A stretch of DNA of 48,093 nucleotides from Solirubrobacteraceae bacterium (lineage in GTDB: Bacteria > Actinomycetota > Thermoleophilia > Solirubrobacterales > Solirubrobacteraceae): contig DATCNP010000185.1 in assembly GCA_036565205.1 (NCBI GenBank), forward strand, positions 1-48,093, in the 5' to 3' direction. Made by a program: the position numbers and the translations under genes. The first letter of the stretch is position 1, and each line of letters starts with the position of its first letter. Below the pieces are notes generated by a model, which saw nothing but the letters and a program-made list of their open reading frames with translations, had not been told where the DNA came from and did no database searches. Shown one piece after another: positions 27,405 through 35,705 of the stretch.

Positions 27405-28330
27405 GTTCCAGCACCGAAGCCGAAGGCGGCATGACATCGTTCCCGCGCAGCAGCGCCGCCCGACGCCGCAAGGACCGCTTGATGCGCACCGTGCTCGCCC
27501 TCGCAACCGGGATCGCGTTGATCCCGCTGCTGCTGATCCTCTACTACCTCCTGCAAAAAGGGCTCGGGAGCTGGAATGGGAAGTTCTTCACCAGCGATCC
27601 GAACCTCAACCAGTGCTTTCCGCGGCTGCCGGGCGCCCCCCCGCCGCCGCCGTGCGATATCGGCGGAATCCGCAGTGCGATCCTCGGAACGATCGAGATC
27701 GTCGCGCTGGCGACGCTGGCCGCCGTGCCGGTTGGGGTTGGTGTGGCCCTGTACCTGACCGAGTACGGCAAGCAGTCGCGCTTCGCCAACGCCGTGCGTT
27801 ACTTCGTCGACGTGATGACCGGCGTGCCGTCGATCGTGTTCGGCCTGTTCATCTACACGGTCCTGGTCGTCAGCCACGTGGGCGGTGATGCAGTCGGCTG
27901 GAAGGGCGCATTGGCGCTGGCGCTGCTGATGCTGCCGATCGTGATCCGCTCGGCTGAGGTGGTGCTGTCGCTCGTGCCCTCGAGCCTGCGCGAGGGGGCG
28001 TTGGCGCTCGGAGCGCCCCGCTGGCGCGTCGTCACCCAGATCGTGCTGCCGACCGCCCGCTCCGGACTCGTGACCGGTTCGCTGCTGGCGATCGCGCGCG
28101 CAGCCGGTGAGACCGCGCCGCTGCTGTTCACGATCGGCGCAGCTCACGTCGTGACCGGAAACCTCGGACAGCCGATGAACTCGCTGCCGGGGCAGATCTT
28201 CAGCGACCTCGGGCAGAACACGGACAACTTCGTCTCCCGGGCCTGGGGCGCCGCCCTGACGCTCGTGGCCTTGATCCTCGTCCTCAACCTGATCGCGCGA
28301 GCAGCTTCGCGCAGGAGCCGCGTGGCATGA
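27401..28330 (+). CDS. pstA: Phosphate ABC transporter permease PstA
   Basis: [37 protein letters not shown]. Confidence 0.95.
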   Translation: MSSSTEAEGGMTSFPRSSAARRRKDRLMRTVLALATGIALIPLLLILYYLLQKGLGSWNGKFFTSDPNLNQCFPRLPGAPPPPPCDIGGIRSAILGTIEIVALATLAAVPVGVGVALYLTEYGKQSRFANAVRYFVDVMTGVPSIVFGLFIYTVLVVSHVGGDAVGWKGALALALLMLPIVIRSAEVVLSLVPSSLREGALALGAPRWRVVTQIVLPTARSGLVTGSLLAIARAAGETAPLLFTIGAAHVVTGNLGQPMNSLPGQIFSDLGQNTDNFVSRAWGAALTLVALILVLNLIARAASRRSRVA

Positions 28331-29214
28331 TCCCTGACATCGAGAGCAAAAAGAGCAACCGGACGTCCAAGGGTGAGCCAGAGCCTGACGCGAACGGGGG
28401 CGGCGCGGCCGACCCCGAAGCAGCGCCGGACCTGACGGCGCTCGGAAAGCGTGAGCGCGAGGCGCACACCGTCACGCTGGACGGACTGCACGCCTATTAC
28501 GGCGAGCAGCACGCCTTGAAGGGCATCGACCTCCGGTTCCCCTCTGGCGAGGTGACGGCGATCATCGGGCCTTCGGGCTGCGGCAAGTCGACCATGATCC
28601 GCTGCATCAACCGGATGCACGAGGAGATCCCCGGCGCCCGGGCGCAGGGAACTGTCAAGCTCGACGAGTTCGACGTCTACGCCGCGGGTGTCGACGTGAC
28701 CTCGGTCCGCCGGCTGATCGGGATGGTGTTCCAGAAGCCGAACCCGTTTCCGACGATGTCGATCTTCGACAACGTCGCCGCCGGGCTTCGGCTGACGGGG
28801 ACCAAGGGCGACAACCTGCGCGAGCGCGTCCACAAGGCCCTGCGGGCCGTCGGGCTCTGGGGCGAGGTGAAGAACCGCCTCCAGGAGCCGGGCATCGGCC
28901 TCTCGGGCGGGCAGCAGCAACGGCTTTGCATCGCGCGGACGATCGCCGTCGAACCCGAGGTGATCCTGATGGACGAGCCGTGTTCAGCGCTCGATCCGAT
29001 CGCCACGCTGAAGGTCGAGGAGCTGATCGACGAGCTCAAGGCTCGCTACACGATTGTGATCGTGACCCACAACATGCAGCAGGCGGCTCGCGTCGCCAGC
29101 TCGACCGTGTTCATGCTCGACGGCGAGGTGGTCGAGCACGCTCCCACGAACGATGTGTTCACGAACCCCGGCGACGAGCGCACCGAGCGCTACGTCACAG
29201 GGAAGTTCGGCTGA
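28327..29214 (+). CDS. pstB: Phosphate ABC transporter ATP-binding protein
   Basis: [61 protein letters not shown]. Confidence 0.97.
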   Translation: MIPDIESKKSNRTSKGEPEPDANGGGAADPEAAPDLTALGKREREAHTVTLDGLHAYYGEQHALKGIDLRFPSGEVTAIIGPSGCGKSTMIRCINRMHEEIPGARAQGTVKLDEFDVYAAGVDVTSVRRLIGMVFQKPNPFPTMSIFDNVAAGLRLTGTKGDNLRERVHKALRAVGLWGEVKNRLQEPGIGLSGGQQQRLCIARTIAVEPEVILMDEPCSALDPIATLKVEELIDELKARYTIVIVTHNMQQAARVASSTVFMLDGEVVEHAPTNDVFTNPGDERTERYVTGKFG

Positions 29215-29912
29215 TGCAGGAGACCAGGCACCAGTTTCGCGAGGACCTCAAGGAGCTCGAGCGCCAGGTTCTGGGCGGCCTGGATCTGGTCATCGGACAG
29301 CTCGATCGCGCGCTCGAAGCCGTCAGCTATCAGGACGTCGAGCTCGCCGCAATGGTCGTCGCCGATGACGACCGCATCGACGGCCGCTATCTCGAGGTCC
29401 ACCAGGGCATCCTCTCGCTGCTGGCGCGCCAGGCGCCGGTGGCCGGGGATCTGCGCATCGTAGCCGCGCTGCTGCACGTGATCCGCTGCATCGAGCGGAT
29501 GGGCGATCAGTGCGTCAACATCGCCAAGTTGGTGCCGTTGTCCGGCTACGAATCGCCGAAGGACAAGGACATCCTCGACGCGATCGAGCGGATGGGTCAG
29601 CACGCCCGCTCCCAGCTCTCGCAGTCCAAGGACGCGCTGCGCGGGCGCAACGTCGAGCTCGCCCAGGACCTGGTTCGCCAGGACGCCGAGATCAACCGGC
29701 TGAACCGGCACATCTTCAAGCGTGCTGTCGAGATCGGCGACGACCTCGATGTGCGCGAGTGGGCGATGTTCATGATCCTCGTCGCGCGCTGTCTCGAGCG
29801 GGTGGGCGACAACACGGTCGACATCGCCGAGCAGGTCGTGTTCGTCGTCACCGGGTTGTTCCGGGAGATGGCGGACGCCTCGACGCCCGCGCCGGCGGCA
29901 AAGTCAGTCTGA
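29214..29912 (+). CDS. phoU: Phosphate signalling/transport regulator PhoU
   Basis: TGATG overlap with pstB. DDRID, QAPVAGDLR, ERMGD and ERVGD repeats. Confidence 0.95.
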   Translation: MQETRHQFREDLKELERQVLGGLDLVIGQLDRALEAVSYQDVELAAMVVADDDRIDGRYLEVHQGILSLLARQAPVAGDLRIVAALLHVIRCIERMGDQCVNIAKLVPLSGYESPKDKDILDAIERMGQHARSQLSQSKDALRGRNVELAQDLVRQDAEINRLNRHIFKRAVEIGDDLDVREWAMFMILVARCLERVGDNTVDIAEQVVFVVTGLFREMADASTPAPAAKSV

Positions 29913-29999
29913 GCGGCGGTTCCACCGGGCCGGTCCTCGGCGCCGGGATTTGGCCATCCGGCCAGTGACCGCTGCCAGCGGCCATGGGTTACTTGTGGC

Positions 30000-30776
30000 A
30001 TGCGTACACGACCGCCTCAGATCGTGGCGTTCGGCGGAGGCGGGTTCTCGATGGAGTGGGGAAACACGCTCCTCGACGACCACGTGATCGCGCTGACCGG
30101 CGTCGAGCGTCCCCGGGTCTGCTTCCTGCCCACAGCGAGCGGCGATGCCGACCACTACGTGGTCAGGTTCTACCGGGCATTCTCGGCTTCGCGCTGCCAG
30201 CCCTCGCACATCTCGCTGTTCCGCCGCGAGACCGGTGTCGGTGACCCGCGAGCCCACCTGCTGGAGCAGGATCTCGTGTACGTCGGCGGCGGGAGCCTGG
30301 TGTCGTTGCTCGGCGCCTGGCGCGCGCACGGTCTTGACCTCGCGCTGCACGAGGCATGGCGGGCCGGAGTCATCATGTGTGGGGGCTCGGCCGGATCGCT
30401 GTGCTGGTTCTCGCACGCCGTGAGCGCGTTCCACGAGGGGCCGCCGCGGCTGATCGAAGCGCTTGGGTTTCTGCCCTGGAGCAATGCGGTGCACTACGCC
30501 GACGAGCCGGGCCGCCGCCGCGCTTTCCTGGACGCCGTGGCCGGCGGGACGCCGCCCGGCTATGGCGTGGGTGACGGGGCGGCGCTTCATTTCGTCGGCA
30601 CCGAGCTGGCAGGCGTGGTCTCCTCACGCTGCGGCGCGCGTGCCTTCCACGTCACCGCGGACGAGGCAACCGGGCCGAGCGAGCGCGAGCTCGCCGTGCA
30701 TTATCTGGGTGAGGCGGCCGCCGTTGGCGAGCTGGGGGCGCCCCGCCTGGTCGGTGGGGCGGCGATCGCAGCCTGA
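30000..30776 (+). CDS. pepE: Peptidase E (S51) family protein, copy 1
   Basis: GGGGFS, VCFLPTASGD, YVGGGS, nucleophile GGSAGSLCWF, VHY. Confidence 0.85.
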   Translation: MRTRPPQIVAFGGGGFSMEWGNTLLDDHVIALTGVERPRVCFLPTASGDADHYVVRFYRAFSASRCQPSHISLFRRETGVGDPRAHLLEQDLVYVGGGSLVSLLGAWRAHGLDLALHEAWRAGVIMCGGSAGSLCWFSHAVSAFHEGPPRLIEALGFLPWSNAVHYADEPGRRRAFLDAVAGGTPPGYGVGDGAALHFVGTELAGVVSSRCGARAFHVTADEATGPSERELAVHYLGEAAAVGELGAPRLVGGAAIAA

Positions 30777-30823
30777 GGACGGCCACCAAGGCAGCGTGTG
30801 TACGCGGGGCGACCGCGTACGCC

Positions 30824-31633
30824 ATGCTGGCTGAGGTGTCGAGCAACGGGCAAGACGGCCGCCGGATCCTCGCCATGGGCGGCGGCGGGTTCACGATGGC
30901 CGAGCGTGGCTCCGGTCTGGACCGCATGATCCTGTCGCTGACGGGCAAGCCGGTGCCGAAGATCTGCTTTCTGCCGACCGCAAGTGGTGACCCGCGGGAG
31001 CAGACGACCCGCTTCCTCGAGCGCTTCGGCGCCTGGCCGTGCGAGCCGAGCGTCCTGTCGTTGTTCCACCTCGGCCGCGATCGCCTCGACCCGGTCGCGC
31101 ATCTGCTCGCCCAGGACGCGATCTACGTCGGCGGCGGATCGATGCGGAACATGCTCGCTGTCTGGCGTGAGCACGGCGTCGCCGACGCGGCACGCCGCGC
31201 GTGGGAGGCCGGTGTCGTCCTGGCCGGCCTCAGTGCCGGTGCGATGTGCTGGTTTGAAGGCGGGATCACGATGAGCGCCGGCGCCCCCGAGGCCGCATCC
31301 GGCCTCGGCCTGCTTCCGGGGAGCATGTCGGTGCATCTCGATGGGGAGCCAGAGCGCCTGCCCGCGTATCGGGCGGCCGTGGCCACCGGCTTGCTGCCGG
31401 CGGGATACGCGGTCGACGACTGCGCGGCGCTCCTGTTCGCCGGAACCGAGCTCGAACGGTGTGTCGCCTCCCGCCCGGGTGCGCGCGCGCTGCGTGTCGC
31501 CCCTGACGGCGACGGCGGCACCACGCTGGTCGAGCTGCCGGTCGAGCTGCTACCGGGCCCGCCGAGTCACGGCGAGTCCGACGGGGTCTCCGAGCTCAGG
31601 GCGCTGCGCCTCGGCCGTCACCGCTGGGATTGA
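30824..31633 (+). CDS. pepE: Peptidase E (S51) family protein, copy 2
   Basis: GGGGFT, ICFLPTASGD, YVGGGSMRN, GLSAGAMCWF, VHL. Alternative leaderless GTG at 30836. Confidence 0.85.
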   Translation: MLAEVSSNGQDGRRILAMGGGGFTMAERGSGLDRMILSLTGKPVPKICFLPTASGDPREQTTRFLERFGAWPCEPSVLSLFHLGRDRLDPVAHLLAQDAIYVGGGSMRNMLAVWREHGVADAARRAWEAGVVLAGLSAGAMCWFEGGITMSAGAPEAASGLGLLPGSMSVHLDGEPERLPAYRAAVATGLLPAGYAVDDCAALLFAGTELERCVASRPGARALRVAPDGDGGTTLVELPVELLPGPPSHGESDGVSELRALRLGRHRWD

Positions 31634-32273
31634 CAGGCGCTGCTGTGGCCTGCCGCCGCCGCAGCACGATCAGCGCCGAGGCGACGATGATCCCCGCGGC
31701 CGCCAGCCCGGCGACGATCGGGAGTGTCGAGCTGCCGCCGCTCTGCCCGGCGGCACCCGGCGCGCCGGGCACGGGACCGAGCGGGTGTCCAGCTGCGGCC
31801 GAGATCCTCGCGACGGCGGCGATCGCCGCCTCAGCGAGGTCGCCGCTCGTCTTTCCGGCCGGCTTGGCGAGCCGCGACACGGCAGCCGAACCCGCGCCGG
31901 TCAGGCCCTGGACGCCGTAACCGGTCGACATCACCACGAGCAGCGGCTGCTTGGTGCGGAAGCTGATCTCCTGGTCGAGGAAGTCGGCGTACTTCTGCGG
32001 CTTGCCGAACAGGTCGGGGATCACGCCGAGGTCGATCGGCGATGCGATCAGCGCCACCTTGATCGGGTACTTGTTCTTGAGCGCGGCCGCGGTTTCGGCG
32101 TTGAGCGTTTTCTGGATCGTGCTCGGCACCGCCGGCGCATACGGGTAGAAGACATTCTCGCCGAGCAGCACGTCGCTCGCGGGATCGCCGTCTCCGAGGG
32201 CCCCGGCGGGAGTGAGCGCGAGCACCAGGAGCAGCGCGACGAGCGGCGTGAGCGCTCTGAGCGGTGTCGCCAT
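31596..32273 (-). CDS. Hypothetical secreted protein with C-terminal TM anchor
   Basis: Signal peptide (PAGALG|DGDPASDVLL), C-terminal TM plus RRR. TAACCT lies 8 nt before the ATG. Confidence 0.7.
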   Translation of the reverse strand: MATPLRALTPLVALLLVLALTPAGALGDGDPASDVLLGENVFYPYAPAVPSTIQKTLNAETAAALKNKYPIKVALIASPIDLGVIPDLFGKPQKYADFLDQEISFRTKQPLLVVMSTGYGVQGLTGAGSAAVSRLAKPAGKTSGDLAEAAIAAVARISAAAGHPLGPVPGAPGAAGQSGGSSTLPIVAGLAAAGIIVASALIVLRRRQATAAPVNPSGDGRGAAP

Positions 32274-32297
32274 CCGGCTACAGGTTAGTCGCGGATC

Positions 32298-32909
32298 TCA
32301 GAGCCCTGGCGGGAATCGGTATGCCGGATGGGGGAGCACGGCGCCCTCGATCTCGAGCACGATCTCGGCATGGCGGCGCAGCGGGATCGTGGCCGGCGGT
32401 CCAGTCCACCGGCGGCCGCCGACGTAGGCCGAGACGCCCCCACGAAACGAGGCCAGCGCGTGGCCGCTGAGCGGCTGGCCCCAGATTGCGAACAGCTCGC
32501 CGAGCGAAGGAACACGGCCGCGCTGCACGACGACGACGCCGGTCGGCTCAGTCGTGCGCAGCGGATAGACACACCGGCCGCCGAGCACGTACACGCCGCG
32601 CCGCCGCTGCGGGGGTGCGACGCCGATGCCCGACGGCACCGGCACCACCAGCCGGTGGGCATAGAGCTCGAGATGCACCCCGTAGGACGCGTCGGCCGCG
32701 CGCGTGCACCTGAGCCCTCCAACCGGTTCCGCGCGCACGACCGCGGCAGACAGCGGGGCCGGCCGAAACCCGGCGCCGCGGCCGATTTTCGCCGGACGCT
32801 CGTCGGCCGGCAGCCGGAGCGGACCCGTGCCGGGGCTCGTCTCGCCGGCGCGTGCCCCACCGCACGCGGCGAGCGCGAGCGCTGCCGCAATCCCGGCGAT
32901 CAGGCGCAT
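32298..32909 (-). CDS. Hypothetical lipoprotein
   Basis: Leaderless TACAGT-7 nt-ATG. Lipobox LAAC, GVHLELY, VPSGIGV, CVYPLRT, LGELFAIWGQPL, IPLRRHAEIVL. Confidence 0.7.
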   Translation of the reverse strand: MRLIAGIAAALALAACGGARAGETSPGTGPLRLPADERPAKIGRGAGFRPAPLSAAVVRAEPVGGLRCTRAADASYGVHLELYAHRLVVPVPSGIGVAPPQRRRGVYVLGGRCVYPLRTTEPTGVVVVQRGRVPSLGELFAIWGQPLSGHALASFRGGVSAYVGGRRWTGPPATIPLRRHAEIVLEIEGAVLPHPAYRFPPGL

Positions 32910-32959
32910 TCGCCCAACTGTAGGTACGGGACCGGGAGCGGACTATGCTCCGCCGCACC

Positions 32960-33490
32960 GTGGCCAGGCAGAACTCCAAGCAACGGTCGCGCAAGCGGCG
33001 CAAGCCCGGGGCGACGCCTCGAGCCGTTCCCTCGGCTCGCCGCGAGGTGAGCGCCGAGCGCGGTGCGGTGACCGCGCGGGAGCTCCGGCGCTCGCAGCCG
33101 CGCGGGACACGCGGCGAGCGCCCCGAAGGCCCGTTCGGCGGGTTTCCGGCTTCGGAGATCGCCATCTTCGCCGGCCTGATCGCCCTCGTGATCGGCCTGG
33201 TCGAGGGAGCACAGCTGCCGCTGATCGTCGGCTCGATCGTGTGCGCGCTCGGCGTCGTGGAGGTGACCGCGCGGGAGCACTTCGCCGGCTACCGCTCGCA
33301 CACGGTGTTGCTGGCGGCGATCCCGGCGATCGCGCTCGAGGCCGCCCTTGTGCTCGTCTTCGGCGAGCCGCGCCCGCGGGCGCTGTTGTTGCTGGTCGTG
33401 GTCCCGGTCTTCGGCGTGCTGTTCTTCGTCTTCAAGCGTCGCTTCGAGTCGGCGCGGCAGGCGCGCGTCGCCCGGCCCCCGATGGCGTAG
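32960..33490 (+). CDS. Hypothetical membrane protein (about 4 TM, basic N-terminus)
   Basis: GTG at 32960 after TATGCT. Hydrophobic segments, REHFAGYRSH motif. Confidence 0.65.
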   Translation: MARQNSKQRSRKRRKPGATPRAVPSARREVSAERGAVTARELRRSQPRGTRGERPEGPFGGFPASEIAIFAGLIALVIGLVEGAQLPLIVGSIVCALGVVEVTAREHFAGYRSHTVLLAAIPAIALEAALVLVFGEPRPRALLLLVVVPVFGVLFFVFKRRFESARQARVARPPMA

Positions 33491-34922
33491 CCGCCGGACG
33501 CCCGGCGCCGGCCTCGGAAGGCGCCGGTCGCTGGTGGTCGCTCTCGGCGTGCACCGCGGGCAGATGGAGAGTGAACAGCGCGCCACCGCCCGGCGCGTTG
33601 GCGGCGCCGGCGCTGCCGCCGTGCTGCTCTGCGACCTGGCGGACGATCGCGAGACCGAGCCCGCTGCCCTGATGCCGGCGCGAGTTCGTGCCGCGGAAGA
33701 AGCGGTCGAAGACGTATGGAAGATCCTCGTCGGCGATGCCCTGGCCGTGGTCGCGGACCTGGATACCGCCGGCGTCGACCGTGACCTCGACCAGTCCCCC
33801 GGGATCGGAGTGGCGCGCCGCGTTGTCGAGCAGGTTGTTGACCGCCCGGCCGAGTCGCTCGCCGATGCCGTCGACTGACACCGGCTCGAGCGTGGACGCG
33901 AAGTGGATGTCGGGAGAGTTGCGCTGGGCGCGAGCCACGGACTCCTCGACTACGCGGTCGAGCCGCACGTCCTCCACCGACTCGGCCGGTTCGTCGCCGC
34001 GAGCGAGCTCGATCAGGTCGCCGACCAGCGCGCTCAGCTCCTCGCTCTGCTCGACGACATCGGCCAGCAGGCGCCTGCGGTCCTCGTCCTCGAGCTCGCC
34101 GCCGGCCAAAAGCACCTCGATGTTCGTCCGCAGGCTGGTAACCGGCGTGCGCAGCTCGTGCGAGGCGTCGGCGACCAGCTGGCGCTGGGCGCGAACCGAT
34201 TCGTCCAGCGCCGAGCGCGAGCTCTCGAGCCGGTCGAGCATCGAGTTGAAGCGCGTCGCCAGCTGTCCGACCTCGTCGTCCGCCCGGACCCGGATCCGGC
34301 CGGTCAGATCCTCGGTCTCGCCGATGTGCTGGGCGGCCTGGGCGACCTCGCCAAGGGGGGCGAGCACGCGGCGCGCGGCCAGGCGGCCGAGGCCGGCGGC
34401 GAGCGCGATCCCGCCCGCGCACAGCAGGAGCAGGATCAGTCGCAGGTGGGAGAGGATGTTGTCGACCTGCATCAGGGGACGCGCGAGCTGGATCGCCACC
34501 GGGACCGGGCTGGTGTCCGGGCCTGAGGAGGCCAGGCTGCGGAACGTATAGATCCGCAGGTGAGTGCCGCCGACGGTCGCGTCCTCGAACGAGCTACTGG
34601 GCCGCCCGGTTGCGACGCCGCGATCGGTGCTGTCGACGGGGAGCGGCTGACCGCCGCGGGTCTGGAGCACGGCGCCGCCGGTGGAGACGATCTGCGAGTA
34701 AGGGGCGCGGCCGCCGGCGTTGGGCGGCGGGCCCGGGAACTGGCCGCCGTCGAGCGCGAAGTTGCCCTCGTGCTGGACGAGGACAGCTTGGGCCTTGAGC
34801 GTGTCGTCGACCTGCCCGCGCAGCTGCCCGCGCTCGACGAGGTAGACGATCACCGCGGCGAGCAGGATCGCGATGCCGACCGATGCCCCGGCGATCAGCG
34901 TCAGTCTCTTTCGCAGCGACAT
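33432..34922 (-). CDS. mprB: MprB-like HAMP sensor histidine kinase
   Basis: Two TMs, HAMP (DDEVGQLATRFNSML), H-box QRQLVADASHELRTPVTSLRTNIE, N/G boxes NLLDNA, DHGQGI, GSGLGLAIV. Confidence 0.85.
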   Translation of the reverse strand: MSLRKRLTLIAGASVGIAILLAAVIVYLVERGQLRGQVDDTLKAQAVLVQHEGNFALDGGQFPGPPPNAGGRAPYSQIVSTGGAVLQTRGGQPLPVDSTDRGVATGRPSSSFEDATVGGTHLRIYTFRSLASSGPDTSPVPVAIQLARPLMQVDNILSHLRLILLLLCAGGIALAAGLGRLAARRVLAPLGEVAQAAQHIGETEDLTGRIRVRADDEVGQLATRFNSMLDRLESSRSALDESVRAQRQLVADASHELRTPVTSLRTNIEVLLAGGELEDEDRRRLLADVVEQSEELSALVGDLIELARGDEPAESVEDVRLDRVVEESVARAQRNSPDIHFASTLEPVSVDGIGERLGRAVNNLLDNAARHSDPGGLVEVTVDAGGIQVRDHGQGIADEDLPYVFDRFFRGTNSRRHQGSGLGLAIVRQVAEQHGGSAGAANAPGGGALFTLHLPAVHAESDHQRPAPSEAGAGRPAATPSGAGRRAPAAPTRSDA

Positions 34923-34936
34923 CGCGCGCGTCCCGA

Positions 34937-35611
34937 TCAGTCCCGCAGGACGTACCCGACGCCCCTGACGGTGTGAAGCAGGCGAGGCTCTCCGCCGGCC
35001 TCGGTCTTCCGCCGCAGGTAGCCCATGTACACGCCGAGCGCGTTGGAGGTCGGGCCGAAGTCGTATCCCCAGACGTTCTCGAAGATTGTCGAACGGGTCA
35101 GGACCTGGCGCGGATGGCGCAGGAACAGCTCGAGCAGGAGGAACTCGGTCCGCGAGAGCTCGACCAGCCGCTCGCCGCGCCGGACCTCGTGGGCGACCGG
35201 GTCGAGCTCGAGGTCGGCGTAGCGCAGCACTTCCGCGTCCGGCGCATCACCGGAACGGCGCAGCAGCGCTCGCAGGCGAGCCTGCAGCTCGCGCAGCGCG
35301 AAAGGCTTGACGAGGTAGTCGTCAGCGCCGGCGTCGAGTCCGACGACCCGGTCGTCGATCGCGTCTCTGGCCGTGAGCAGGAGAATCGGGGTCCGGTCGC
35401 CCGCGGTCCGCATCCGGCGGCAGACCTCGAGCCCGTCGAGACGCGGCATCAGCACGTCGAGGATCACCGCATCGACCGGAGCGCTGGAGAGCACGTCGAG
35501 AGCCTCCTCACCGTCACCGGCCAGCTTGACCTCGTGGTTCTCGAGCTTGAGCGCGCGCTCGAGCGCCCGCCTGACGGCGGGCTCGTCATCGACAACCAGT
35601 ACACGGGCCAC
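34937..35611 (-). CDS. mprA: MprA-like response regulator
   Basis: GTG at 35611 ([14 protein letters not shown]). [21 protein letters not shown]-terminus [31 protein letters not shown] closely resembles MprA. Confidence 0.88.
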   Translation of the reverse strand: MARVLVVDDEPAVRRALERALKLENHEVKLAGDGEEALDVLSSAPVDAVILDVLMPRLDGLEVCRRMRTAGDRTPILLLTARDAIDDRVVGLDAGADDYLVKPFALRELQARLRALLRRSGDAPDAEVLRYADLELDPVAHEVRRGERLVELSRTEFLLLELFLRHPRQVLTRSTIFENVWGYDFGPTSNALGVYMGYLRRKTEAGGEPRLLHTVRGVGYVLRD

Positions 35612-35705
35612 GCTGAAATCATTGCGCTTGCGCGTAAAAGTTCCTGAAGAACCCCGTCTCAGGCGACGAAGCGCACGCCGACGTCTTCGGCCATCATCAG
35701 ACTCG

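Noticed and set aside
33432-35611. This two-component pair as the missing PhoR/PhoP
   Set aside because: Sequence motifs match MprA/MprB, the kinase has its own coupled regulator, and there is no PHO-like array upstream. Cross-talk cannot be excluded.
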